This document shows, in pieces, positions 38,203 through 47,499 of a stretch of 64,000 nucleotides of DNA. The translations under genes were made by a program, and so were the position numbers. The DNA comes from Candidatus Yanofskybacteria bacterium RIFCSPHIGHO2_01_FULL_44_17. GTDB lineage: Bacteria > Patescibacteriota > Minisyncoccia > 2-02-FULL-40-12 > IGHO2-01-FULL-4-A. The notes beneath the pieces were generated by a model. It was given only the letters and a program-made list of their open reading frames with translations, was not told the origin of the DNA and did no database searches. The DNA lies in NCBI GenBank assembly GCA_001794195.1, contig MGJI01000006.1, positions 2,650 to 66,649 on the forward strand, given 5' to 3'. The first letter of the stretch is position 1, and every line of letters starts with the position of its first letter.

Positions 38203-39210
38203 TTATTCACCCAGCTTATCTCTGTGCTTACTCGGATCATTGATTATTTCTCGGATAACGTATTTGGGCCGTTGTTTGGCTTCTATGAATATGCGTCCGA
38301 CGTATTCGGCTATTACTGCTAAAATCAAAAACTGAATTGAAGCCAGAATCATTGGAATTATCAAAAGCGTTAGGAACCCTTTGGGCGCCGAATAAAATAT
38401 GGCCAGCACTATGTAAGCGGCTATTGCCATCAATGTAAGGCAAGTCATTACTATTGCCAACATGGTTATAAGTTCGATGGGGAAGTGAGAAAATGAAAAA
38501 ATGCCTCTTTTTGCCTCACGAATATAAATTGCGAGTCCGCTTGCCGACTGGCCTGAAAAACGCTGATCCCGATCGTACGGAATACCGACGCTTTTGAATC
38601 CAGCCCATGCCCGAAGGCCCCTTAGGAAGCGATCAGTTTCCGGTAGACTGTTGAGAACGTCAATTACCTTCCTGTCCATTAAGCCGTAGTTGCCAGAATC
38701 AAGGGGTATGTTGATATAAGACATTTTTTTCAGAATTCGGTAGTAGGCCTTGTAGCCGATTCTTTTTAGTAAACCCTCTTTCCTTTTTTTTCTGACGCCG
38801 TAGACCACCTCATAACCTTCAAGCCACTTTTTTACGAATTCTGGAAATAATTCTGGCGGATCCTGAATGTCGCCATCAAGAAGTATGGCTGCATCTCCGG
38901 TGCACACTGCCAGTCCGGAGGTATATGAAATGTCTGCTCCAAAATTTCGGGCATGGTCAACCACCACAAACCTAGAGTCGCGGGTCGCCTTTTCTCGGAG
39001 AACTTCAATCGCATTATCTGGACTGGAATCGTTTACATAGATAATTTCGTAGTTAGGCGTTATCTGTGCCATTACAGCTGTAACTCGACGGTACATATCG
39101 TCTACCGAACCGGCATCATTATAGCAAGCGACAATTACGGAGATTTTTTTATTAGTCAACATAAGCCAGACTTTAGCAAATAAAAACGCCGGTTTATAGT
39201 TGACAAGCAT
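38203..39210 (-). CDS. GT2 polyprenyl-phosphate glycosyltransferase (GtrB/ArnC-like) with C-terminal TM helices
   Basis: ISVIVACYNDAGSVDDMYRRV...EIIYVNDSSPDNAIEVL...LDGDIQDPPELF. Two C-terminal TM segments. Confidence 0.8.
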   Translation of the reverse strand: MLVNYKPAFLFAKVWLMLTNKKISVIVACYNDAGSVDDMYRRVTAVMAQITPNYEIIYVNDSSPDNAIEVLREKATRDSRFVVVDHARNFGADISYTSGLAVCTGDAAILLDGDIQDPPELFPEFVKKWLEGYEVVYGVRKKRKEGLLKRIGYKAYYRILKKMSYINIPLDSGNYGLMDRKVIDVLNSLPETDRFLRGLRAWAGFKSVGIPYDRDQRFSGQSASGLAIYIREAKRGIFSFSHFPIELITMLAIVMTCLTLMAIAAYIVLAIFYSAPKGFLTLLIIPMILASIQFLILAVIAEYVGRIFIEAKQRPKYVIREIINDPSKHRDKLGE

Positions 39211-39265
39211 TTTTTATTATGCTTATTATATCTAGGCAGTAGATCTTTGAATTCGGGGCGCGATA

Positions 39266-39805
39266 ATGTTGACGAATCTGGAAGAGCAACAGATGATCGA
39301 TTTGGCCAAAAAAATGGGCAGTCAATGGACGCCCGGACTTTACAACGCTTTGGCTCCTAAATTTGCTTTAACCGCGATCGAAACAGTATTTTTGAGAATG
39401 AAAGAGGATGGTTCTGCGGAGGTAGAGGTTTTATTGGCTAGGCGTCTGCACAGCGACGCTCATTATCCGAATCAATGGCACTCTCCGGGCACGATGTTGC
39501 GAGCCGTTGATGTTCCAGAAGAGACTGAGATGTATCTCGGGATTCCTGAGTTAAATGGTTTCAGAAAGGCCCTAGATAGATTAGTAAATAGCGAGCTCGG
39601 ATTAAGATTTAAAGGAGAACCCCGGCAGGTTAAATCAATTCTGCATTTTACACCCCGTGGCCCGGAGGTAGCTCTGATTTTTCTTTGCGAACTTGATGGC
39701 GAACCTAAGTTTGGGGAGTTTTTCAGTGTTAATCAATTGCCTAGTGATCTCATAGAGCATCACTATCGGATTATCAAGGTTGCGGTAGATAATTTCAAGG
39801 AATAG
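39266..39805 (+). CDS. hypothetical protein
   Basis: 179-aa ORF with no recognisable motif. Followed by the hairpin GGCATCAC-TTAT-GTGGTGCC plus T-rich tract. Confidence 0.45.
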   Translation: MLTNLEEQQMIDLAKKMGSQWTPGLYNALAPKFALTAIETVFLRMKEDGSAEVEVLLARRLHSDAHYPNQWHSPGTMLRAVDVPEETEMYLGIPELNGFRKALDRLVNSELGLRFKGEPRQVKSILHFTPRGPEVALIFLCELDGEPKFGEFFSVNQLPSDLIEHHYRIIKVAVDNFKE

Positions 39806-39866
39806 TTTTTCTTGTGTACCTCTTAGCTGTCTTTCTAAAAACTAGGCATCACTTATGTGGTGCCGT

Positions 39867-41693
39867 TTAATTTATTTCTGACGATTTTTTCTTGCCATCA
39901 TCGTCAAGCGGAGCTACCACCATGTTGGCATGAAATTCTTCTCGCGGCAGGAGGGGAATCATGTCTTCGATGGGCTTGCTTATGTATCGGCCATCGGGAG
40001 TTTTGACTGCTACCAGTTTCGGGATCAGTTTTTGTGATTCGTCTAAAATAACATCGCACACGACCGGGCCGGTGGCATTCAGAACTTTTTTAATTTTGGC
40101 TGCCAACTCGCCATGGTTTCTGATGGTTTCTGTTTTAATACCATAAGCCTTGGCGATTTTGAGAAAATTTGGCGCGGAATAGCCGGTTTCTTTTGCTGTG
40201 GCTTCGTACCTGGCGCCGAAGTAAACCTCTTGAAACTGTTTAATTATGCCGTAGGAGCGATTGTTCATTATAAAAATTTTAATAGGCAGCTTATTGTGTT
40301 TTATGGTTTGGAGTTCTTGTATATTCAACTGGAAGCCGCCATCTCCGTCTAAACAGATTATCGGGCACTTTCTATTGGCAAATGCGGCACCGATTGATGC
40401 CGGCAGGGAGTAACCCATTGGGGAGTTACCAAAAGCAGAAAATAATTGTTGGCCTCTTTTAATTCCGAACGCCTGTATCGTCCAGGTAAGATTCCCGCCC
40501 TGATCGGCGACCACAATGGCTTTGCTTGGTAGTTTTTCAGAGAGAGCCTTAACAAATACATAGGAGTTAACTGATCCTTTTTGTTCATGATATTCGGGCA
40601 GGACCGTTGGATATTTTTGTTTCCAAGCGTGACAACGTTTGAGCCAGTCTTTGTTGTATTGAATCTTTTTTGAAACAAGCGAACTGTTTATTTCGCTCAG
40701 AAAATCCTTAACATCGGCATGAACCGGAATATCGGCCACGACCCACTGTTTATCAAGCTCTGCCTTATCAATGTCCACTGTAATTTTGAATGCTTCTCTG
40801 GCAAAGGTTTTGGGTTGGCCGCCAGTTTGGCGAGTATCCAAACGTGATCCTAGGCTAATAAGGAGATCTGAATTTTGAACTGTAAAATTAGCCGCTCTGT
40901 TGCCGTAAACTCCGAACTGGCCGATGTATAGCGGATGATTGTGGGGTAATATATCTATTCCGCTCCAAGTTGAGACGACGGGCGCCCCTAGTTTTTTTAT
41001 AAAAGTTGCGAACTCTTTTTTGGCTTTGCCAAGTTTTATGCCCGCGCCGGCAATTATTACCGGTCTCGTAGCTTTTCCTATTGCTGAAATTACCTTTTTG
41101 ATTGTAGCCGAAGAAATTGTCTTAACGGGCTCCTTCAATTCGGACGGTTGGAAGCCTTTTAATTTTTTCGGATCTATTTCGGCGTGCTGGACGTTCATGG
41201 GAATATCTAGCCAAACGGGTCCAGGTCTACCAGATTTTGCCAGATAGAATGCTTTGTCCAGATAGTATTTTATTTGTTCTGGATCTTTGATTATAGCAGC
41301 AAATTTGGTTATCGGTTTGACGATTTCTATGATGTCGGTTTCCTGAAAACCAAGTTGGCGTATTTTGCGTTCACCCTTAGTTTCCCACAGATTAACTTGG
41401 CCGGTAATAAGTAACATCGGTATGGAGTCAAAATAACCGCAACAAACTCCGGTAATCAGATTTGTTGCTCCCGGACCGGAGGTGGCGACGGCGACACCTA
41501 TGTTTTGAGTGACTCTGGAATAAGCTTCGGCGGCCATGGCCGCTGCTTGTTCGTGTTGCATGCAGACGTAAGATATTTTTTTGTTTTTCCCCAAGGAATC
41601 AACTATGTGGGCGCAGGCCCCGCCCGTGATTAAAAAGACGTCTTTAACGCCACGGTCAACGAGATATTGAGCTAGGTAATCTGTTAGTTTCAT
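39867..41693 (-). CDS. thiamine-pyrophosphate enzyme of the acetolactate-synthase large-subunit family (possibly a YerE-like sugar two-carbon branching enzyme)
   Basis: 608 aa. N-terminal TPP_enzyme_N region (VFLITGGACAHIVDSL...QHEQAAAMAAEAYS), a central domain and a C-terminal TPP-binding GDGGFQLNIQEL motif. Confidence 0.75.
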   Translation of the reverse strand: MKLTDYLAQYLVDRGVKDVFLITGGACAHIVDSLGKNKKISYVCMQHEQAAAMAAEAYSRVTQNIGVAVATSGPGATNLITGVCCGYFDSIPMLLITGQVNLWETKGERKIRQLGFQETDIIEIVKPITKFAAIIKDPEQIKYYLDKAFYLAKSGRPGPVWLDIPMNVQHAEIDPKKLKGFQPSELKEPVKTISSATIKKVISAIGKATRPVIIAGAGIKLGKAKKEFATFIKKLGAPVVSTWSGIDILPHNHPLYIGQFGVYGNRAANFTVQNSDLLISLGSRLDTRQTGGQPKTFAREAFKITVDIDKAELDKQWVVADIPVHADVKDFLSEINSSLVSKKIQYNKDWLKRCHAWKQKYPTVLPEYHEQKGSVNSYVFVKALSEKLPSKAIVVADQGGNLTWTIQAFGIKRGQQLFSAFGNSPMGYSLPASIGAAFANRKCPIICLDGDGGFQLNIQELQTIKHNKLPIKIFIMNNRSYGIIKQFQEVYFGARYEATAKETGYSAPNFLKIAKAYGIKTETIRNHGELAAKIKKVLNATGPVVCDVILDESQKLIPKLVAVKTPDGRYISKPIEDMIPLLPREEFHANMVVAPLDDDGKKKSSEIN

Positions 41694-41698
41694 AGTGA

Positions 41699-41861
41699 TG
41701 AGTCTGTTGAATAATGCCTTCTATCACCACTTGCAACCCCAGCGAGGCTGCTGCATTTCGTCAAAAGCGTGGATTCTGCTCGCAGTTAGTAAATTATACT
41801 GCTCGCAAACCGTGCAACCCACTCTTTTGACGATGCTATAAGGCATTATTCAACAGGCTCA
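41699..41861 (+). repeat. Structured palindromic intergenic repeat, copy 3
   Basis: TGAGTCTGTTGAATAATGCCTTCTATCACC ... GATGCTATAAGGCATTATTCAACAGGCTCA. The core is near-identical to copy 1. It directly abuts the stop codon of the DegT gene. Confidence 0.65.
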
Positions 41862-41862
41862 G

Positions 41863-43101
41863 CTAGGCTGATCTAACTTGAGGTTGCTCCACGTTTTTAA
41901 TATATTCTGAGAAAATCTTTTCCATGTAATTAATCATTCCATCGGTCATTCCGTGATGGCAACCGATGAGGAAGCCGTGTTTCATTATGTAATCCGCGTT
42001 TGAAAGTTCTGCATGAATTCTGCAATCAATGTTCATATATGCCGGATGGCGCAAAATGTTGCCGGCAAATATCGTTCTAGTTTGGATTTTATTTTCCTCA
42101 AGGTAGGTCAGTAATTCTTTGCGTACAATAGGTGATTCTGGCTTAATCGTCAATGGAAAGGCCAGGAAGTATGCTTCGGCTTGTTTGTGGACATTGGGCA
42201 GGAAGAAATGACGCTCATATTTGCTGAAAAAATTACAGAGCCTTTTAAAGTTGTGGGTTCTTGTGGCGTTAAATTTGGGCAATTTTTTCAGTTGCTCAAG
42301 ACCGAACGCGGCCTGGATCTCAACGGCCTTGAAATTAAAAGTCTGTCTGACATAGGTAAACTTACCATCAAAGTCGACATCTCCGACTTGTGATGCGAAC
42401 CTTGCTTCAATGTTGGTGTCGTGAGTGCCAGGTAGTTTGCGGCCCCAGTCGTTGAGCATACGGGCTTCTTCAATTAAGGCCGGATCGTTAACCATGACCA
42501 TGCCGCCTCCCCCGGCTGCCGTAATATTGTGAGCGGCGTAGAAACTGGTGGTGGTAATGTCGGAGTATTTGCCGGTTGGTTGTCCTTTGAAGCGGCAGCC
42601 TATGGTATCACAGGCATCTTCTATAAAAATAAGATTATTTTTTTTGCAGATTCTGCTCAAGCTGGCCATGTCATTAACGTTACCGATAGCGTGAGAAATG
42701 AATATAGCTTTAGTTTTTTTAGAAATGGCTTTTTGCACTCCCGCTATATCAATATTATAAGTGCCGATATTCGAGTCAACAAAAACAGGGGTTAGACCTT
42801 TTTGGACTATTGGGGCCAGTGTTGCAGGGAATGTGCAGGCCTGGGTTATCACTTCAGAACTGGGCGGCAGGTTGGCCAATTCCATTGCCAGTACATTCGC
42901 AGAAGTGCCCGAATTAACAAACAGGCCATATTTTTTACCGAATAAATTAGAAACTTTATTCTCAAATTCCTGTGTGTATTTGCCTGCTCCAAGCCAACCT
43001 TCTTCTAGGGCTTTTTGTACAGCTTTTATTTCTTGCTTGCCGAAAATTGCTTTAGTATAAAAAACCCTGTCTACGCCAGGCTTGAATCTTTTTGAATTCA
43101 T
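41863..43101 (-). CDS. DegT/DnrJ/EryC1/StrS-family PLP-dependent sugar aminotransferase/dehydratase
   Basis: LGAGKYTQEFENKVSNLFGKKYGLFVNSGTSANVLAM...FISHAIGN. 412 aa. Confidence 0.85.
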   Translation of the reverse strand: MNSKRFKPGVDRVFYTKAIFGKQEIKAVQKALEEGWLGAGKYTQEFENKVSNLFGKKYGLFVNSGTSANVLAMELANLPPSSEVITQACTFPATLAPIVQKGLTPVFVDSNIGTYNIDIAGVQKAISKKTKAIFISHAIGNVNDMASLSRICKKNNLIFIEDACDTIGCRFKGQPTGKYSDITTTSFYAAHNITAAGGGGMVMVNDPALIEEARMLNDWGRKLPGTHDTNIEARFASQVGDVDFDGKFTYVRQTFNFKAVEIQAAFGLEQLKKLPKFNATRTHNFKRLCNFFSKYERHFFLPNVHKQAEAYFLAFPLTIKPESPIVRKELLTYLEENKIQTRTIFAGNILRHPAYMNIDCRIHAELSNADYIMKHGFLIGCHHGMTDGMINYMEKIFSEYIKNVEQPQVRSA

Positions 43102-43174
43102 AAAATCGTTTTTAAATTAACATACTAGCCCAAAGGCCGTAAATCTTGACATTGCCCCAATATCTATTTGTGGC

Positions 43175-44827
43175 CTATCTTTTTAGTTTAATTCTTTTGT
43201 AGATAATAACTTCCTGGTCAGGGGCATATTCCTCTTTTATTATTTCCACGGCTTTAAAATTATTTTTTACATACTCTTCTATGTAAAGATAGACAGCATT
43301 GCTGTTAGTTTCTTTGATCCAATCAAGGTTTGGATAGTCTGGCAGTTTGTATGCTATGTCAACTTTATTAATTTTTTCGCTAAGCGATTTTAAATGTTCT
43401 TCTCCATAGATTTTTGATGGAGAAAAAAGATAAACGTCGGTCAAGTAACCGCCAAACGGTTTATAGCCGGCTAGACGGGCGACAACTGGGTACGCACCCA
43501 ACACCAATACAGGATTTTCCTTTGTGAGGCCGGCGTTTATCAGGCCTTGTGCTATTTTCTCTGGGAGTTTAGCCGCCGATTTATGGTTGTAAGATTTTTG
43601 CATTATCACTCTTTCTTCTCTGGTAAAGCGATAAAGATTTGGCAGTATAAATATAATCAAAAAAAACAAATAAGCAGGAGTACGTTTATACTTTTTAAAA
43701 TTAAAATTAGCGATTAAAAATGCCAGGACCAGGGCGTACAAAGTAAAAAACGGTGCTTGATGATTAGTACCGCCAAAGCCAGTGGTCATCGTCGTGGTGA
43801 TACTCAAGATAAATGAAGCGATAATTAGCTCAATAGCTAGCCTATTCTCATCGTATATTTTTTTTAACGACATTTTCAGTCCGAGACCCGAGGCTACAAA
43901 GTTTTTATAGAAATAGGGGATAGCCAAAACATAAATGAGCCAAAAAAGCGGCAAATAAACATATCTTAATTCTGCCAATCCAGTATGGAAGGTGGCGACT
44001 ATTTTTCTTGCGATGCCAAGGATCGGATGGGAGCTAAGATAAAGCAGCTTGGGTATTTCAAAAAGCCAAATGCGAGCTTGATTTAATAAGTCATGGCCCG
44101 GCATGTAAAAAAGTTTTAACAGTACGATGGCAGCAACCACGGAGCCAACGAAGAACGGTAGTGCCAGTTTCAGCGCCAACCTACCCGCGTGGCCAAAACC
44201 ATTTTTATAAACATTGAATAATAAATATCCCAGAATTAAAATCGGCGGCAAGACGTGTACTTGGCGGCCGACAAATACCAATCCGAACAAAATACCTGAC
44301 AAAATCAATGCGGTGCCATGCCTTTGTATCGAGTAGTTGCCATGCCGCTCTGACCAAGCTGTTTTTAGCAGAATAAAAACGCTTATTAGCTCCAGCGTGT
44401 GATAAAAAAGTGGTACCTCCATTTCGCGGCCGGGATCAAATTGTCTGGATGATATGGATAAAAAAGTTATTATTGCCACTAGCGCCGACTTCTTGGGCGA
44501 CTTGCTTATAAAGAGCGATAAAAAATAAATGGTTAATGTGTAAAGAGAATATAAAAAAACCGACGCCAAATAGCGATTAGCAAAATCGCTTAAGCCTAGT
44601 TTGTACACAATTGAAAATAAAAGTGGGAAAACCGGAACTCTGTAGTCAAAAAAATCAACGAGGAATTTGTGGCCGCTGGATAAGAGGTACGATATGTCCA
44701 AATAAAAAGAGACGTCCCCGCCTATTATTGAGAATTTGTCAAAATAAAACACGCCTGCTATCAGGGCTATGATAATCAATAAAAAGAAACTATTTCTTGA
44801 GTAGTGATGCAAAAAAGACATAGGCAC
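43175..44827 (-). CDS. polytopic membrane protein, probable GT-C-type glycosyltransferase
   Basis: More than 12 TM helices plus a C-terminal soluble domain. Overlaps the upstream SDR gene by ~30 nt. Confidence 0.5.
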   Translation of the reverse strand: MPMSFLHHYSRNSFFLLIIIALIAGVFYFDKFSIIGGDVSFYLDISYLLSSGHKFLVDFFDYRVPVFPLLFSIVYKLGLSDFANRYLASVFLYSLYTLTIYFLSLFISKSPKKSALVAIITFLSISSRQFDPGREMEVPLFYHTLELISVFILLKTAWSERHGNYSIQRHGTALILSGILFGLVFVGRQVHVLPPILILGYLLFNVYKNGFGHAGRLALKLALPFFVGSVVAAIVLLKLFYMPGHDLLNQARIWLFEIPKLLYLSSHPILGIARKIVATFHTGLAELRYVYLPLFWLIYVLAIPYFYKNFVASGLGLKMSLKKIYDENRLAIELIIASFILSITTTMTTGFGGTNHQAPFFTLYALVLAFLIANFNFKKYKRTPAYLFFLIIFILPNLYRFTREERVIMQKSYNHKSAAKLPEKIAQGLINAGLTKENPVLVLGAYPVVARLAGYKPFGGYLTDVYLFSPSKIYGEEHLKSLSEKINKVDIAYKLPDYPNLDWIKETNSNAVYLYIEEYVKNNFKAVEIIKEEYAPDQEVIIYKRIKLKR

Positions 44828-45542
44828 TGTCGGGTAGCAGGCTAGTTAGTCGCATGAATGCGGTTGATATAAAAGGGAAGAAATATGAACCAGATCTTTT
44901 CTCAAAAACTGAAACTATAAAACGCGCTGCGTCTTCTGGCGACGATACCAAAGAAATTTTTTTGCCCCACCACATGTCGGTGGCGATGGGTCCGAAATGA
45001 ACAGTTGAAAACCTGATGCCGGTTTGGATGAAACTGACTCTTAATCCCCGGAATGCCATGCTTAGAGCTGCTTTTGTGGCAGCATAAGATACGGTGCCTT
45101 TGTGTGGGCGATAGGCTGCCGTAGAGGAAATACCCACAAATAGTCCGCCCTGCTTTTTCAGAAAATCAGGTAAAAACTCAGAAATCCAAAATAATGGTCC
45201 GTCCAAGTTGGTTTTTACGGTTAAGTGAGCTTCGTTGAAAAGCAGGCCATTATTTACATCCCTTTGATGTACTGCCGCATTAAGTACGACAACATCAGGA
45301 ATGAAATTTGCCTCGCGCATCAGCTTGGCCGTATTGCGCATTTCTTCGATATCGGAAAGATCACAGGCGGAAATTGTAAGTTTGGGCCCGAGTTCCTGTT
45401 TCAGTTTTTCCAACAAATCTTTTCGGCGCGCCAACCCCCAAACTTCGTAGCCTGACTTTACCAGTTGGGTGGCAAGGACCCGGCCGATACCCGCAGAAAT
45501 TCCCGTAATAAAAATCTTTTTGTTGGTGCCTTCTATTTCCAT
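44790..45542 (-). CDS. short-chain dehydrogenase/reductase (SDR)
   Basis: KIFITGISAGIGRVLATQLVKSGYEV (TGxxxGIG motif). Confidence 0.7.
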   Translation of the reverse strand: MEIEGTNKKIFITGISAGIGRVLATQLVKSGYEVWGLARRKDLLEKLKQELGPKLTISACDLSDIEEMRNTAKLMREANFIPDVVVLNAAVHQRDVNNGLLFNEAHLTVKTNLDGPLFWISEFLPDFLKKQGGLFVGISSTAAYRPHKGTVSYAATKAALSMAFRGLRVSFIQTGIRFSTVHFGPIATDMWWGKKISLVSSPEDAARFIVSVFEKRSGSYFFPFISTAFMRLTSLLPDSAYVFFASLLKK

Positions 45543-46789
45543 TAAATTATTTTAACCTCAGGTAACGGAATAATAAACTTAGTCCCGGATTTAATAAGAT
45601 CTTTTTCGCGCTCCATGAATCCGCCGATGAAGCTATAGGGCAGAGCAAGCAAATAGTCAGGTTTTGCGGAGCGCATTGCCGCCTCGTCTTTTATTGGAAT
45701 GTCAGCGCCGATTATATATTTATCAAATTTAAAAGAATTGGAATCAGCGGCCGCTTCAATCAGATCATTGCCTATTCCGCAGTACTGAAGAATTGTATTG
45801 CCTTTGGTGGAGGCGCCGTAAATCCACACTTTCTTTTCTTGTGATTTCAACCTTTTGCATAGTGTTAACAGGTCATCGCGAGTTTTTTCTATGCGTTTGG
45901 TAAAATTTGTGTAAGTCGTTGGATTGTAGATTCCTATTTTTTCTTCATTTTTTAGTTCCTGACGATAGCGGGCGGTTTGGGGATATTTGTGGTTGCCTTT
46001 CTTTTTCACGAACAATCGGAAACTGCCCCCGTAAACGTCGTTTAAGGTTACGTCGAATATTTCCAGGCCCACCTTTTCCATAATCCACCTCACGTGGTCC
46101 GTGCCATAATATCCGACATGCTCGTGAACAATATTGTCGTACATGTTTGTCTTGATCATGGCCGGCAGGTGAGCCATCTGAATTACCCAAATGCCGTCTT
46201 CGGCCAAGCAGGAGGCGACATCTTTTGAAAATTGAACTGGATCTGATAGGTGATAAAACATCGCGATGCTTAAGACGAGCTTAGCCTTTTTGTCTGTCGC
46301 TGATTTATAAGTGCGCTCATTAAAAAAATCATTTACCGTTTTAAATCTGTCTGAGCTAAAAACAGGTTTTATATTTTTGGCGGCGTCAATGCACAAGAGG
46401 TCGCACGTCGTGTCTTTCAAATAAGACAAGAGGGTACCATCGTTCCCACCGATATCAAGCACTAGGTCGTTATCTTTTAAGCTGACATATTCGAGGGCGC
46501 TATCAAGAACATTTTTTAGAATTTTGGGCATTGAGGAATTCGTTGAGCTGGTGAACGGATACTCCTCATACATTTTTGACATATCCAAGGAGTGGCCCAG
46601 CTGTAAAACGCCGCAGGTGTCTGCTTTTTTTTCACACAGAACCAAATCTAAGGGATGTTTCCTTAAGTTTTGGCGGTAATTAAGATCCCGCGGAAAAATA
46701 GAGGACAAGTATTGTTCTCCCAGATCAATGCAGGGGATTAAAGAAGTATTGTCGCAGAAGCGACATTTGGTTATTTTTACACTGTGCAT
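45542..46789 (-). CDS. NDP-sugar C-methyltransferase (TylCIII/Methyltransf_13-14 architecture)
   Basis: N-terminal Zn-ribbon-like CRFCDNTSLIPCIDLG. Class-I SAM methyltransferase core LDIGGNDGTLLSYL. C-methyltransferase C-terminal domain. Confidence 0.7.
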   Translation of the reverse strand: MHSVKITKCRFCDNTSLIPCIDLGEQYLSSIFPRDLNYRQNLRKHPLDLVLCEKKADTCGVLQLGHSLDMSKMYEEYPFTSSTNSSMPKILKNVLDSALEYVSLKDNDLVLDIGGNDGTLLSYLKDTTCDLLCIDAAKNIKPVFSSDRFKTVNDFFNERTYKSATDKKAKLVLSIAMFYHLSDPVQFSKDVASCLAEDGIWVIQMAHLPAMIKTNMYDNIVHEHVGYYGTDHVRWIMEKVGLEIFDVTLNDVYGGSFRLFVKKKGNHKYPQTARYRQELKNEEKIGIYNPTTYTNFTKRIEKTRDDLLTLCKRLKSQEKKVWIYGASTKGNTILQYCGIGNDLIEAAADSNSFKFDKYIIGADIPIKDEAAMRSAKPDYLLALPYSFIGGFMEREKDLIKSGTKFIIPLPEVKII

Positions 46790-46799
46790 ATTATCGTAA

Positions 46800-47498
46800 T
46801 TAAATTTTTCCCCTCATTTCATCCAAATATTTAAACACCTTTTTTGCGTCTGGGAAATCAGGGTCAGGACTTTGAATTTCTTGTATTTCAGGTGATCCCT
46901 CGAATTCGCTTGGGGTTTTGAGGTAGTCGGCTATTTCGCGTATGCTGATGGTATTTCTGGCGCCAACTTCTTTTATTCCGCCTAGATCTAGATGAGAGGC
47001 GATATAGTCTCCGATAAAATCAGTGCTGGCGAATGGATATCTGCTTTCTCCTGCAACATGCGTTTTCTGACCTTTTAGTATGTCAATTAAAACACCCTTT
47101 TTCAGCCCATCTCCGAACATTGAACTAAGGCGTATAACAAGATTGTCGCCGTGGTTACATAATGTTTCCGCGAGCAGTTTGTGCCTTCCGTAAATTGTGT
47201 CCGGCTGATACCTGACTGATACGGTGCTTATTTGAACAAATTTATCGAAGGTGCAGCCGTATAGTATGTTGGCAGTTTTCTGGACGGTTTCAACAAAGTC
47301 TTTATCCGGATTATTATTTGCCCAAAATCTTGCCCCCGGCATGGCTGCGTTTATTACTATGTTGTAAAACTTGCCGATGCTCGAAGGGTAATTATCGCGG
47401 GTAACAGGAATAACCCGGTATTTTCCGGCTGTAAGTAGGGACGAGTAAATTTTACTTCCAACGAATCCGTTGGCACCGAATACCGCCACCGTCAGCAT
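46800..47498 (-). CDS. NAD(P)-binding Rossmann protein, sugar-nucleotide reductase/epimerase-like
   Basis: MLTVAVFGANGFVGSKIY. Confidence 0.5.
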   Translation of the reverse strand: MLTVAVFGANGFVGSKIYSSLLTAGKYRVIPVTRDNYPSSIGKFYNIVINAAMPGARFWANNNPDKDFVETVQKTANILYGCTFDKFVQISTVSVRYQPDTIYGRHKLLAETLCNHGDNLVIRLSSMFGDGLKKGVLIDILKGQKTHVAGESRYPFASTDFIGDYIASHLDLGGIKEVGARNTISIREIADYLKTPSEFEGSPEIQEIQSPDPDFPDAKKVFKYLDEMRGKI

Positions 47499-47499
47499 G

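Noticed and set aside
39867-41693. Considered a phosphonate (PEP mutase / phosphonopyruvate decarboxylase / AEP transaminase) pathway because a TPP enzyme sits near aminotransferases.
   Set aside because: No PEP mutase is present. The TPP enzyme is full-length ALS-like (608 aa, three domains) rather than the ~380-aa two-domain phosphonopyruvate decarboxylase type. A YerE-like sugar-branching role fits the context better.
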